Of a DNA stretch of 64,000 bases, positions 48,107 through 60,720 are shown one piece after another. Origin of the DNA: Microbotryum violaceum (Eukaryota); contig CDLV01000009.1 in NCBI GenBank assembly GCA_001244265.2, positions 434,001-498,000 on the forward strand. The letters are read 5' to 3'. The translations under genes were made by a program, and so were the position numbers. The notes beneath the pieces are model-generated. The model made no database searches, was not told the DNA's origin, and saw nothing but the letters and a program-made list of their open reading frames with translations. How positions within the stretch are numbered: position 1 is the stretch's first letter; each line of letters begins with the position of its first letter.

Positions 48107-50707
48107 ATGCGAACCCCCTCTACGACGCGGGTGGCGACGACCTTCACGGCCGCGTTGCTCGCGACGCTCAGCTCCGCGGCGCCGGCGGACAACACGATCG
48201 AGATCGTTGGCAATTCGGGTGTCAGGTCAGTTCAACTTCATTGTCTGGTTGCTCTTTGACTCTTCTGGAACGTGTTTGGCTGGGACGACTTGGCTGTATC
48301 GCACCACACCACGGAACGAGGCCGTGCGAACTAAGACGCCAAGCACGTCCGGCCGGAGTGAATCGCTTTCGACGGATGGATGCGCACGCGCGTTTTCGCG
48401 CTATCGTCGTCACCCAACCTCGGCCTATGGAGCGCGGCCCAACAATGGGCGTGCGGCATTCTCGGCGCGAGGGACGTGCGAGCGTGCATGTGTACACCGT
48501 GTCCTTTTTGTGTTGTCACGTGACGGCGAGCATTCACTCTCATGGACAGCTCTTCGCCTTGTACCTTGTGTGCGAACTGCGGTCGCCTCCGAGGCGTTGG
48601 CATTCCAAATCGGACTCGGCAGATGCGATGCGATGCACCGCGCGGGCCCGCGCAGCGTCTACTTCCGACCGCCGATTGCCAACACCGCCGCCGGCTCGGC
48701 TTTTTCCAATTGATCGCCCCTAGCTAGCCTGGACCTCATGCTGGGGAGGACGGACGGTCGCTGAACATCCCATTTTCACCCCTCTTTTATGATCACAACA
48801 GTGCACAGCAACTTTTCCTCGGCCAGTCCAACAAGGTTTACATCGTCGACAAGACGGAACGCAACCCGGTCAACACCACCAGCGGCCACCCAGCATGGGC
48901 GACCGAGTACGACTACACCGACAACACATTCCGCACCATGGACATAAAAACCAACTCGTTCTGCGCCGGTGGTAACGTGCTCGGCAACGGCACCTGGATC
49001 AACATTGGTGGCAATCAGCCCGTCGGTCCCGGTGGGCTCAACGCCAACGCTGTCCCTGACCCTTACGTCAACGGCGATGGTGGGAAGGCGACACGGTGAG
49101 TGGACCTACTCTTCGACTGTTTCTTCGAACAAGACAAGTGGGTGCTTAACACGTACCCTTGCCCCTCGATACTTATCATCAAAGGCGACTGAATGTGTGC
49201 ACCGATAAAAAGTGTGACTGGATCGACGATGGGTCCAACTACATGACGACGCGCCGATGGTATCCGACACTAGAAACGCTCGAAGATGGATCCATGATCG
49301 TCATCGGAGGCTGCGACTGGGGAGGATACGTCAACGACAAGTCGCAGAACAACCCGACGTACGAGTACTACCCGTCAAAGGGCGGTCCGATCGGCCTCAA
49401 CATCCTCACCACGACCTTGCCGGCCAACCTATTCCCGCTGACGTGGCTGCTCCCTTCGGGTAACATCTTCATCAATGCCAACTTGGGTACCGAGATCTTT
49501 GACTACAAGAACAACGTCGAGTACGCTGTCTCCGATATGCCTCACGCCGTCCGCACCTACCCCGGATCGGCTGCCACCGGCATGCTGCCGCTTACCCCGG
49601 CCAACAACTGGACCGCGACCATCCTTTTCTGTGGTGGCACAAACTTGCAGCCCGACCAATGGGTCACCTCTTGGAACATCGCCGCTTACCCCGCCGACAG
49701 CACGTGCGTGTCCATGACCCCGATGTCTCGACCAACTGGGTCGATGAGGATCCGTTGCCCGAGGGCCGAGTGATGGGTAACCTCATCAGTCTTCCCGACG
49801 GTCGCTTTGTCGTGATCAACGGTATCGGCAAGGGTACAGCCGGTTACGGAAACACGTCGTGGGCCATCGGTCAATCTTTCGGTGACGATCCCGTTCACTC
49901 CATTCGCTACTACGACCCCTACGCCGCCTCGGGCAAGCGCTTCTCGAAGATCGTCGCCAGCTCGACCGTTGACCGCATGTACCACTCCTCAGCGACTCTC
50001 CTCCCCGACGGATCGCTCCTGTCATCGGGATCCAACCCCAATGCCGACTACGTCGCCCCGGCACCCCTGGCTACACCTATCCTACCGAGTACCGCGTCGA
50101 GCGATTCTATCCCGACTACTTCACCGCGAACCGGCCGCAGCCGACCGGTCTCCCGACGACGCTCGGCTACGGTGGCTCGTACTTCAACGTTACTCTGTCC
50201 CAGACCGATGTCGGCAACGTCTCGAAGCTCGACAACACTAAGGTCGTGCTGATCCGACCTGGCTTTTCGACCCATGCGATGAATATGGGCCAACGTTTCG
50301 TCCAGCTCGACTCGACCTTCAGCGCCAACTCGGATGGCTCGGCCGTGCTGCACGTCTCCCCCGTCCCTCCCAACCCCGCGATCCTCGTCCCCGGCCCTTG
50401 CCTCATTTTTGTCGTCGTTGACGGCATCCCCTCGATTGGCCAGTGGGTTACCATCGGTAACGGCCAACTCGGAGCCCAGACCATCAGCCCCGTGCAGCGT
50501 CTTCCCGCTTCGACCGGTGGTGATGGCAAGCCATGGAACAGTGGCAACAGCACGTCGACGAGCACGACCTCTGCTGCCGGTTCCGCTGGCACGGGATCTT
50601 CGAGTTCCAACTCCAACAACAGTGCTGGCAGTGGGGCCATGTCGATCCTCGCACCTGTCTTTACTGTGCTCGGCGCCGTGATGGCCGCCTCGACTTTGTT
50701 GATCTAG
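48107..50707 (+). CDS. Copper radical oxidase / glyoxal oxidase (AA5_1), copy 3 (two frameshifts as read); continues into unique downstream DNA
   Basis: Same motifs. C4 vs C5 at 49718-49721 and 50056-50059. Homology to the other copies ends at 51359. Confidence 0.88.
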
Positions 50708-53599
50708 ACGAGGATGAACGATGACGAACGATGTTTGGACGATTTGTCGTTGGTCCCCATATTATGGCACAGACCTTGGACACAATGGACGCTGTCGTCC
50801 TCACTTTTCCCTCTCGGTCAGGTGCCGATGAGTAAACCCCTTTAAACCCCACTCAGCTGTCTTTCTGGCCTCCCTCTTTCTATTTGTTAGACGAAGCTTA
50901 TTCCCCTCCCCCCCCCCCTCTCCCCTTCGCTACGCACCCAATCGCCACCTGAACACTTGTGCGATTTGGCATGCTCTTCCCCTCCCCAATTCGTCGTTTT
51001 CCTCTTGTTCGCATTTTTCATTCGCCCCCCCGTCTTTACCCTTCCTCTTTACCTCTCTTGGCCCTGATTAGACACATCGCCTCTTTCTTGTTCCTAGTAT
51101 CATATGACATACCGCATTTTTCTACATGACAAATCGTTCTCGGTTCAGCGAGCCATGTTTTGAAAAAAGGGATGAATACCAAAGCTCCAAAGCGAGCAGA
51201 ATCCAGAAGAAATCGACAATAGAATGTACACCGTTCGTCTTCAACGCCTCTCCCGTCTCCTAAGCCCATCTCATCATCTCTTTTCACATCCCCACACCCC
51301 CAGGAAAAGGTGCAAGAGACGTTCAAAGAAGCCTCTTCCTTCCCTGTTCCCTTCTCGTTTGAAAAAAAAAGAAGTGAACATCAACCCTTGCTCGGTATTC
51401 CGAACCAACCTTCACCCTCGTAAAGATTTGCAAGAAACAAACACCTCGCAGTACGAGTCGAGTTGATGAAGGGGGTTTGGAAAGGTGAGTGTAGAGTTTC
51501 GAAGAAAGGAGGGGCATGAACGACGAGAGGACGATGGGAAAATGAACGTCCGTAGACGTGCGGTGAGGAAGGGGTTGCCCCGGTTAGGAGGAGAGATCGA
51601 AGTGAGGTGTGAAGGTTTGGTTTGGGCTTGTAATGACTCAGAACCCAGCAATGAATCCCCTGATAGAGGGATCGAGGATCGTGCATCCGAGCATCCCATC
51701 AGAACGAAACAGAAACGCCGTACAAGACCCAAAGCATCGAAAGAGACGATGACGATGGGCTCGAAATGCAGTAATTGGTTTCGTTGGGTTTCTGACTTGA
51801 AAGGGAGGAATGGTCACCTCTGCTGGGAGCCTTAAGACAAGCCGGTCGGTAAGGTCGGATCGGAGCGGAGCGAGGAGGGCCGAGTAAAGTGGGAGGAAAA
51901 GCAGCAGGAGTGCCCCGAAAGTCGTTGTAGAATGATCGCTGACAAGGCGGGACTGAAGGAGTAGATGGAAAGGGCAGTGATCGGGCGGCAGTGATGGGCG
52001 AGAGGGGTTTGGGAGTCGTGGGCCTGCGAAGGGTGGAGCAGCGACGGTTTTCCTTCCCCCCCTGAACGCAGCGCCTCGTCCTAGCAAGACGGTTCATACT
52101 GTGTCCTAAGTTATAGTGATCCCGAAGTAGAAACCAGTGGTCTATCGCTTTCGGCTAGTGTGAAAGTCAAACGTGATAGCGGTGGAGTGGGGTGTGGCAG
52201 AAACAGAGACAAGGAGAGCGGGGAAGAACGGACGACCGGTGTGAAGCACGCTCGGGTCGCTTCTTCAAGTACGGAAAATCAACGCTCGGCGGTGAAGTAT
52301 TATTGGGCAAAGCTTGCTCAGCTCAGTCGTCGGATGCGGCGTGGAAGAAAACTTCAGCGCCCGTGCGTTCGCAGTAAAGCCCTTGGATAGTAAAGAGCAA
52401 AAAGGAAAGCTGTGCAACAGATCCGGGTGCGATGCAGCCCTAACCGGCAAAACGTCGGATAACGTCACGCTCCAAGTGAAACTCAATACGACTCGGGTGA
52501 CCGAACACAGATACGGACCATGGACGACCAGGGACCAGGGTTGCCCTCCTTCCCTTCTTGTGATGGTAAGCTGGACAGGATAGTCGAGACCTAACTCTCC
52601 AACATCATTAGGTCCCACAAAAGGATCATCGTCGTCCGACTTTCATCAATCGCCCGTGCCTCCGAAAGAGAGACACGTCTTCACGAGCGCCGGCGCCAGC
52701 AGCTGCGAACTACGTCGTCTCTTCGGGTGGAGTACGTCGCGTCGCGGGCGCCGTTCGCCTCGGCTTTGGTGCTGATCGTCGTCGCGACTCGCGTAGTCTT
52801 GGAACGAGCAATTTTCAGGGAGCGCCGAGCAGGCCTGGCACTTGGGACAAGTATTACACCTCGAGCATCTCGGATTCGTTGGATCTTACCTTCCGCTCAT
52901 ACTTCGTCTGAGGGATCACGTAACGCCATCGTGAGTGCGACTACTTAGTACCCTACTCAGATGGGGCTTGAAGAGACTGACTCGGCAATAAAGCCAGGAG
53001 AAATCTATCAATAAAAGCTCCCGAGCCATCGTGCGACTTTCAAAACCCTTTCGGTCAAGCACAACATCTTCGCGCGCACACCGCATTCGGTACCGATAGA
53101 ACAAGACCAGATCCCATCATGGTCCGGAGAAGACAAAGCGCCCCCTCTCCGCTCCTCCTCCATCCGTCGATCAACAATCTCCTCCGTGACAGGATACCGC
53201 CCTCAACAATCGCCGTCGATCGCATCATGTTCACGATCCCGAGTCGGCCGCCACCTTCGCACGTCGAACCTGTTCGAATCAACAAGTCGAACGTTGGGGG
53301 TATCATTTGTCTCAAGTTGCCGAGTTTGGCGGGACTGTGTAGTAGTCGGGAGAGGGGGTCCGAGTCATCGACGTCGAGTCAGGACAAGTGAGGAAGTATG
53401 TGGGGAGGGGAATCGGTCGAGCTTCCCACATAGAAGCGTCATTCGCGAGCATTATAGCATTTCTGTTTGTTTGCTTTCTCAAAGTAGATCCTTTATTTTT
53501 ATGCATTTGCAACAGCATTCATCTCTGGGGGATCGAAGCCCCCAAAGCCGTTCCCATCTCGTGCCAAAGCTCGGCATCCTCCCGCAAGCTTTCCTCGTC

Positions 53600-56500
53600 T
53601 CAAGCTTCCGCATCATCATCCTTCATCTTCCTCGGCAACTGGTACCCCAATCTCCCGCTCAACGTACCCGCCGGCCCCGCAAATCCACCTTGATTCTGGA
53701 AACTCTCCAGGAAGTTCTTCACCAAGTTCAAATCCAAGGGACCTGGATCACGTTCGACGTCGGTCCCGCTCATTTGGTGGAAGAGCGTCGCGAGTTCGGC
53801 GTCCATCTCGCCTACGTCATCTTCGGAATCCATGTCGGAGTCCGAATCAATGACAATGCGTGAAGAGTCCTTCTCCTTTGAAGTGGTAGGACCAGCTTTG
53901 GGTTTGGGCGTCGGTTTCGTCTTGGGTGCTGACGATTCTGAAGGCCCGGTCGGTGTCTGTCGTTTGACTTTAGCGAGTTCGGAATCCATTTGTTGCATCA
54001 GGGCGTCAAAGTTGCTCAAGTTCGGATTGCGTAAAGCTGGGGTCGGGACAGTCAGTTTGGGCGCTTTGGTCTTTGAGGCGCCGTCTTTGGGAATCGAGGA
54101 GGCTCCCTCGGGTAATGAAGGGATGAGGTTGACTTTTTTGGCTTTACTCGGCCCCGGGACGAAGGCTGAGAGATAACAGACAGCAAAGGTAAGAGGTCAA
54201 CGACACGTCATGGCGCGGACCCCATACTTTCTGTCTCACTCACCTCCCCTCCCCTTTCGTTCCTTGAGGATATCCTCGTACTGCTCCGGAGTCAACCCCA
54301 ACGTCTCCGTCGCAAACTTGAGAAACTCGTCCATCTCCTCCTCCATATCCATCTCGACCGCTGGGGCATCCTCTCCCTGGTCTCCTTCCCGCCCCGTCAG
54401 ATCCTCATTCATACCCAGTAAAGATCCTCCCAGGCCTTCTTGCCCTTCCTCTTCGTCGTCGTCGGAGTCGTCGGACTCCGAAGCGCCGTCGTATTTGTTG
54501 CGCGTCAATTGAGGGGCTCGGGCGGCATTAGTCTTCGGTGGGACGTCGATAGTGTCCTTCGCCTTTGATCCTGCCTCAGCCTTCGATGGTGTCTCTTTTT
54601 CAATCGTCTTGGCCCCCCATTCACTCTCCTCCAAGCCCTTGACCAAACTCGCCAACCTCCTCTTCTTCTCTTCCTCACTCATAACCATCTCTTCTCCCTC
54701 GCCATCTTCGTCATCCTCATGCTCCCCATCGTCCTCATCCGATTCCTCATCTTCAAAAGTCGCCCCTTGGACGGACCCCTTGCCCTCCAGAAACTTCTCT
54801 ACCTGCCCGGCCATCCTCCCCAACTTCCGCGCCGCCTTCTTCGCCCTTCTCTGTTCCTCCTTATCTATCGACACCTCTCCAAAATCGACCTTCATCTTAC
54901 CCCCCTCCCTTTCCCCATCTTCCTCCTCCTCGTCGTCGTCATCATCAGACGATCCAAACATCTCTTCATCCTCCCCCTCAAAACCTGCTTTACCTCTCAA
55001 CAACTCCTCCAATCCATCCTGATCCAACCCCAACCAATGCTCACTATCTTCCAATCCCCAATCTCGCACAACATCCTCCTCAACGCGCTTACGAAGAACC
55101 TTCTTTTCGATCCGGGACGATCCGAAGCGTTGTATTCTCGATCGAGTACGTGAGATGGCTTCTTCAACGCGTTGGGCGAATGAAGTACGAAAGTCCGAAA
55201 TTTCGGAATCGAAGGAGGGATAAGACGTTCTTTTGGCTCGTGAATAAGCTTGTCGAGCTTGGGATTCAAGTAGTTCGTATTCCTCGCTACCCGGTGGATG
55301 GGGGTGGAAGAATCCTTGGGTTTGCAGCGAGGTGAGGTAGAGTTGAAACCTTCGGTCCGAGGGAGTAGGTTGTTCGAGTGTGGGGTTTAAGATGGGGTTG
55401 TGTTTGGAGGAAGCGGCGTAGAGTATTTCGAAACCACATGCCTGGGGGACGATGATCAAATGCAGGCCGAATCAGTTGCCTTTTCTCTTTCTACCCTCCA
55501 CACCTTTGAAAGGCACTCACGATCTTCATGCCCACATTCCTCCTCCTCTTATCCCCCTGCCCGAAGAAAGGTTCTCTTTCCCAACCGACCCTGTCAAAAG
55601 GTTTGGGAGGGAAGAACTTCTGCATCACCAATTGCGAATAGAGAGGTCTGGTCAGGGTTGTCGAGTAGAGGGTTGTGGAGGGGAGTGAGGTGGCGACAGA
55701 GATGGGCGTTTCTGTAGGGGAGGTTTCGAGGAATGCTTGAGTGGGTGAGGTCGGTGGGAATCGGTGCATGGTGTTGCATGGCTAAGGGAAGGGGAGATGA
55801 TTCAGTTGACATAGTGTCCTGTTCCTTTCGATCGCCATAGGAGAGCTCACCTTGAGCGTGTCAGGTTCCCTTTCGTAGAAAGCCGCGACGGCTTCCGCAA
55901 TCAAAGAAGGTGAATCCTCCAATGCGAGAACTATATCAAGGGGTAGGTACGCGAGTGACTTGTGCAAGTGTTGTTGAACCTTGTCCGGGTAGCTGGGATC
56001 GAAGAAAGAAGAGCATGGCAGATTCAGTTCTCCCGTGCGCTCAACAGACCCGACCGTAAGCTATTCGCAATGCCTACCCTTCTATTCTTGCCCAAACAAG
56101 CTCTTCGACCTCCTTTGGAGCTAGGGTATCGACGTTAGGATCCTGAACCAATTCGATGGCGGTGGTGTGGTCGATGAAGGCTTGAGATTCAGAATCGTCT
56201 TCCAATGAGGGTGTAGCCTTGGGATCGAACGGGATCGACGAGGTGTGTTGCAAGGGTACGAGGTGCAAGCGACCTTGATGGATCCAGGCCTGCAAAGAAG
56301 AGTCAGAGGTCAGTTGGGGGGTATCTCCACGTCAGCTAAACACTTTGGAGACTGACCCTGTTCAAAGCATTATCCGGTGTAATCCATTTGGGCAAGACCT
56401 GCGCGGCTTCGATCAACAGGAACTGCCCGTCATCATCCTCGACTTGAATGACGGCCTGGGGTACTTTGATGGATACTTGTCGTAGTATCCACACGAGGAA

Positions 56501-56794
56501 CCATTCGTCATCGATCGCATCCGTGACGTCGCTTGAACCGGACAGCGTCGAAAGGGAGGATGACGAGGTGCCTGGTTTGATCTGGGGCTCGAGGTTGAAG
56601 GGTTGTTTGTGCCAGATGTAGTTGTGCGTCAGGGTGTGGACGTAGGCAAGTATTTCGGCATGTACGGCTTGAAGACGCTCTAACGAAGAGCTCCAGCTTG
56701 GACTGGAGCTGGTCGAGCTCGAGGTGGAGAGGTGCAGTGCGTAGCGACATGTATCCGACGTTGCTTGCAGCGCTGCGTTCGCTGACGCGTCCAT
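53600..56794 (-). CDS. SGT1/ecdysoneless (Ecd) family protein, multi-exon
   Basis: YIWHKQPFNL, IDDEWFLVWILRQVS, DDDGQFLLIEAAQVLPKWITPDNALNR-WIHQGRLHLVP, acidic middle region, C-terminal DLNLVKNFLESFQNQGGFAGPAGTL. Confidence 0.88.
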
Positions 56795-57049
56795 GTTGGT
56801 GAGCTGTCCGCGATGTGGGCGGTGAGGAGCCGAGTGGCTCCCACGCAGCTCAGAGCACAGGGGCTTCTCTTCTGGCTGGGTCCGAGTCTGTTCTACTCGG
56901 TTCGACTCGGTTACTAATGACCAATTGGCGGTCCGTGCGAAATCAGGCGCGCGATCTCGGCCCTTCGCAGCAGCGGCTCCGCTCCACTTCGAAATTACGA
57001 TCCCACCGACGGTCCACACTGTCACACACACCCCGTGCAGCACTTCGCG

Positions 57050-60000
57050 ATGGGTGGTTCCCAGCTCACAGCGCTCAAATCGACCCTACGCGAGGCCGGT
57101 CTCTCGCGCACGTCGAACCCCAAAGACCAACGCAAGAAGCGACGACAAACCAAAGCGCTCTCGTCGACTTCCCTCGCGCACCGTCGATCCCAGCTCGATG
57201 CGATAGGCCAAAAGTTCAATCGGTTCGATCGGACAGATGAAAAGGTCAAATTCGAGGTCGTGACCAGGAAAGGACAGATCGAGAAAACGCCGGGAGGGGC
57301 ACCGACCAAGTCCAGGACGGCAGGCATCGAGTTGGTACGTTGCAGCGCAGGGGCAGCAGCGAGTTTGGGCGACACAGACTTGCTCAGCTCACATCCTTGC
57401 ACAATCATTCACAGAGGAAGAAAACGCTTCTCCCGCTCCTCGAAGCCCGATCCCACGTCTCGACTTTTGTCGACCGACGCTTCGGCGAACATTCGACCGA
57501 TCTGACCCCGGACGAAAAAGCCTTGACCCGCTTCACCGCCGAACGACAAGCGAGGTTGGACGAACCCTTACCTGCTTCCTCATCCAGGGAGAAAGGCAAA
57601 GGAAAGAAAGCGAGGTTCAACCTCGAGGAAGACGAGGATGCTTATTCGGGCGAGGAGGAAGGCGTCGAATTGACTCATGGAGGGCGAAAGTTGGGCTTTG
57701 GCGATGAGGAAGAATTGGAACATGGTGGATGGGGTGGCTTAGGAGCAGCAGTCGAAGGTGGCGCTTCTTCATCGAATCGAGAACCTCTCCTTCGTCGACG
57801 CATCGCAGCGAGCATGACCGACCACGACGGCGACAATGAGCAACGAGAAGGTGTTGATGAGGGAGGGAGAAAGTTGACTCACGCCGAGATTATGGAACAA
57901 GTCGTCGCCAAGAGCAAAATGTACAAACATGAACGACAGAGAATCAAGTCCGCCGATGACGAGATTAGGCACGAATTGGATCAAGAGTTGAAGGACCTTA
58001 GGGTACTCCTGGGAGGGACGGGCAGGATGCCGAAACCGACCGTCGTCAAGGAGGCCAATGCTGAAGGGAGGGACGATCAGCAGGACGATCAAGAAGATGA
58101 CGACGACGACGAAGAAGACGACGAAGAAGAGGACGACGACGAAGAAGACGACGACGAATCCGGTTCCGAGTCCGACGGCTTAACCTACTCGCTCAACGAT
58201 GAACAACTTGAAGCCGCCTTGGCCGCGTCCAAGAAACCCAGTGGCGTCGACCGCGAACTCTTGCGCAAACTCATCGGCGGCAAAAGTGACGAGTCCGAAT
58301 CCGAGACTGAGGAGGAAACTGCACATGCGGAGAAGGGTCGACTTGCTCCTGCACCCGTTTACGATTTTGGGGATGTCGACTCCTCCCGACCTGTTGCGGC
58401 CGCTCCGACGGAGAAGGATAATGCGGATCCTTACGACTCGTACGTGCGCATGTTGGCGCTCGAACCACGCGGTAAACCCAGTGATCGACTCAAGACGCCT
58501 TTGGAATTGGCTCAGGAAGCCGCGGACGAGTTGAAGAAGCGCGAAGATAAGCGGTTGAAGCGACAGCGCGGGGAAAACGATGAGAGTGATGAAGAGCAGG
58601 GTGGGGAGGGGAAAAAGAAGAAGGCGAACAAGAGGGTACCGCAGGCTGATGATCTGGAGGATGATTATCTGGGCGATATGGCTGATGGTGGTGGGTTCGA
58701 AGGCGATGAGACGGGGATTGGCAAAGGTCTTGGGGAGGAAGAGATGGTTGCTTTTAATATCAGCGACGATGAAGGTGAAGACGAGGACGAGGAAGAGGGC
58801 TCGAATGATGATGCTGAGGACGAAGAGGACGACGATGACGATGAAGATGAAGAAGTTCTCGACGCCGCCGACTTTGACGACGAGCCCGAATTTGACCAAG
58901 ACGACGACGAGAATAAGATCGAATCGCTGGTCAAGGCTCTCCCGCCCAAGCCAAAGCAGCGACCGGATGCCAACTCGGTCAAACGCGAGCTCCCCTTTGC
59001 CTTTCCTTGCCCTTCGACGCATGCAGAATTCGTCAAGCTGCTCGCATCGTCCGGTGTCGAGGAAGTCGAGACGTCGACCGTCGTCAAACGCATTCGAACC
59101 CTGTATCATCCCGGACTTAGTCCCTCAAACAAGGAGAAGCTTCAAGTCTTCACTCACGTCTTGATCGACCATGCGCTCTACCTCGCCTCAACTCCCTCCA
59201 AGACAGCCTTCACGACGATTAACTCGATCCTCCCTTCACTCCTGACCTTCTCCCACGCCTACCCTCTCACCACCGCCCCTTATTACATCAACAAGCTCAC
59301 GACGATGCAAAAGAACTTTGTTCGAGGCGTTAGTCGAGGACCTTTGGACCCGAATTCAGTGACCTGGCCTGGACCGACCGAGTTGACTCTCTTGCGTTTG
59401 ATCGGCATGACATGGTCAACATCGGATCTTTCGCATCCCGTCGCAGCACCAGCGATGCTCCTCATCTCGCAATACCTTGCTCAAGCCCGTATACGTTCCT
59501 TACGCGACATCGCGGCAGGTCTCTTCCTGTGCACGTTGGCGAACCAATACGAGGCGTTGAGTAAACGCTTGGTGCCGGAGGCGTTGAACTTTCTCCAGAC
59601 GACTTTGATCGTGTTGCTTCCTACGGGGTACACGGACAAGCATGTCCCGGGGACGTTCCCGCTACCTGATTTCGGCCAAGAGCACGTCAAGGGTTTACGA
59701 CTGAGTACCAAAGCGAGTGCGAAACTCTCCGAGGAGAGCAAGGCTTCACCCTCGTTGGACTTTTTCAAAACCCTGACAGAGATCGAGGACGATGACGCCC
59801 AAGCCAAGGCCGATCTTGTCTTGGTCGCGGTCGAATTGTTGACCTCTTTCGCGGAGATGTACGTTGTCGGACTGGAGGCTTTTATAGAATTGTTCGACCC
59901 GGTGCAGCAGATCGTTTCCAAGGCATTGGCCAAGCCGTTGCCTAAAGCACTAGAGGTGAGTCAGACCCATCGCACGGATACTATCGTCATGTTCTGACAC

Positions 60001-60445
60001 CTTTACACCTCTTCCCCCACAGACCTCTCTGACAACGCTACAAGGCTCCCTCAAGCGAATGCTCAACCTCTCCCGCTCCTCTCGTCAACCCCTCACCCTG
60101 CAACACCACAAGCCGATCCCGATCGCGACTTACATCCCCAAGTTCGACGAAGGCTTCAACCCGAACCGTCGCTTCGACCCCGACACCGAACGCAACGAAG
60201 CCAACAAACTTCGCAGCTTGGTCAAGAAAGAAAAGAAGGGCGCGATTCGGGAATTGCGAAAGGATAATCGGTTCTTGGCGGGAGAGGAGGCGAAGAAGAA
60301 GAGGGAGAAGGATGTGGCGTACGAGGCCAAGATTAAGAAGATTATGGTCGGGTTGGCGGACGAGAGGGCTGAGGAGAAGAAGGAGAAGGGGATCAAAGAA
60401 CATGGCAAGAAGATGGACAAGGCGAGGAGAGGGGGGAAGCGGTGA
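57050..60445 (+). CDS. NOP14: Nucleolar protein 14 (SSU processome)
   Basis: MGGSQLTALK, RKKTLL...FVDRRFGE...EKALTRFTAERQ, LTHGGRKL, EIMEQVVAKSKMYKHERQ, PSDRLKT, ELPFAFPCP, LQHHKPIPIATYIPKFDE, KKEKKGAIRELRKDNRFLA. Confidence 0.93.
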
Positions 60446-60720
60446 TCGAGTTGAACAGGAAGGTTGTTTCTTGATATTTTCAGAATGTCCCTTGCAGCTT
60501 GCATTGTCACGTATTGGTTTGCACACTTCTTCTCGCGCGCAAGTCACACCTTTAGTCTTAAGGAGACTACGATAGCAAAAGATTTAGAATCACTGAACAT
60601 GCAACATGTACAAACGAACGTCAGAAAAATGGGCGAGTGGCAAACAACGACACAATGAAAGGCTAACAGCGACGAAAAAAGAAATGTCCTTCCTTCCTCC
60701 TTGACCCCACCGACCCCGCA

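Noticed and set aside
56795-57049. Short divergent promoter between SGT1 and NOP14
   Set aside because: Ordinary for compact fungal genomes.
58180-59164. Long antisense and alternate-frame ORFs over NOP14 (likewise over SGT1, GRR1 and the oxidase)
   Set aside because: Shadow ORFs expected from GC-rich or acidic low-complexity coding sequence.
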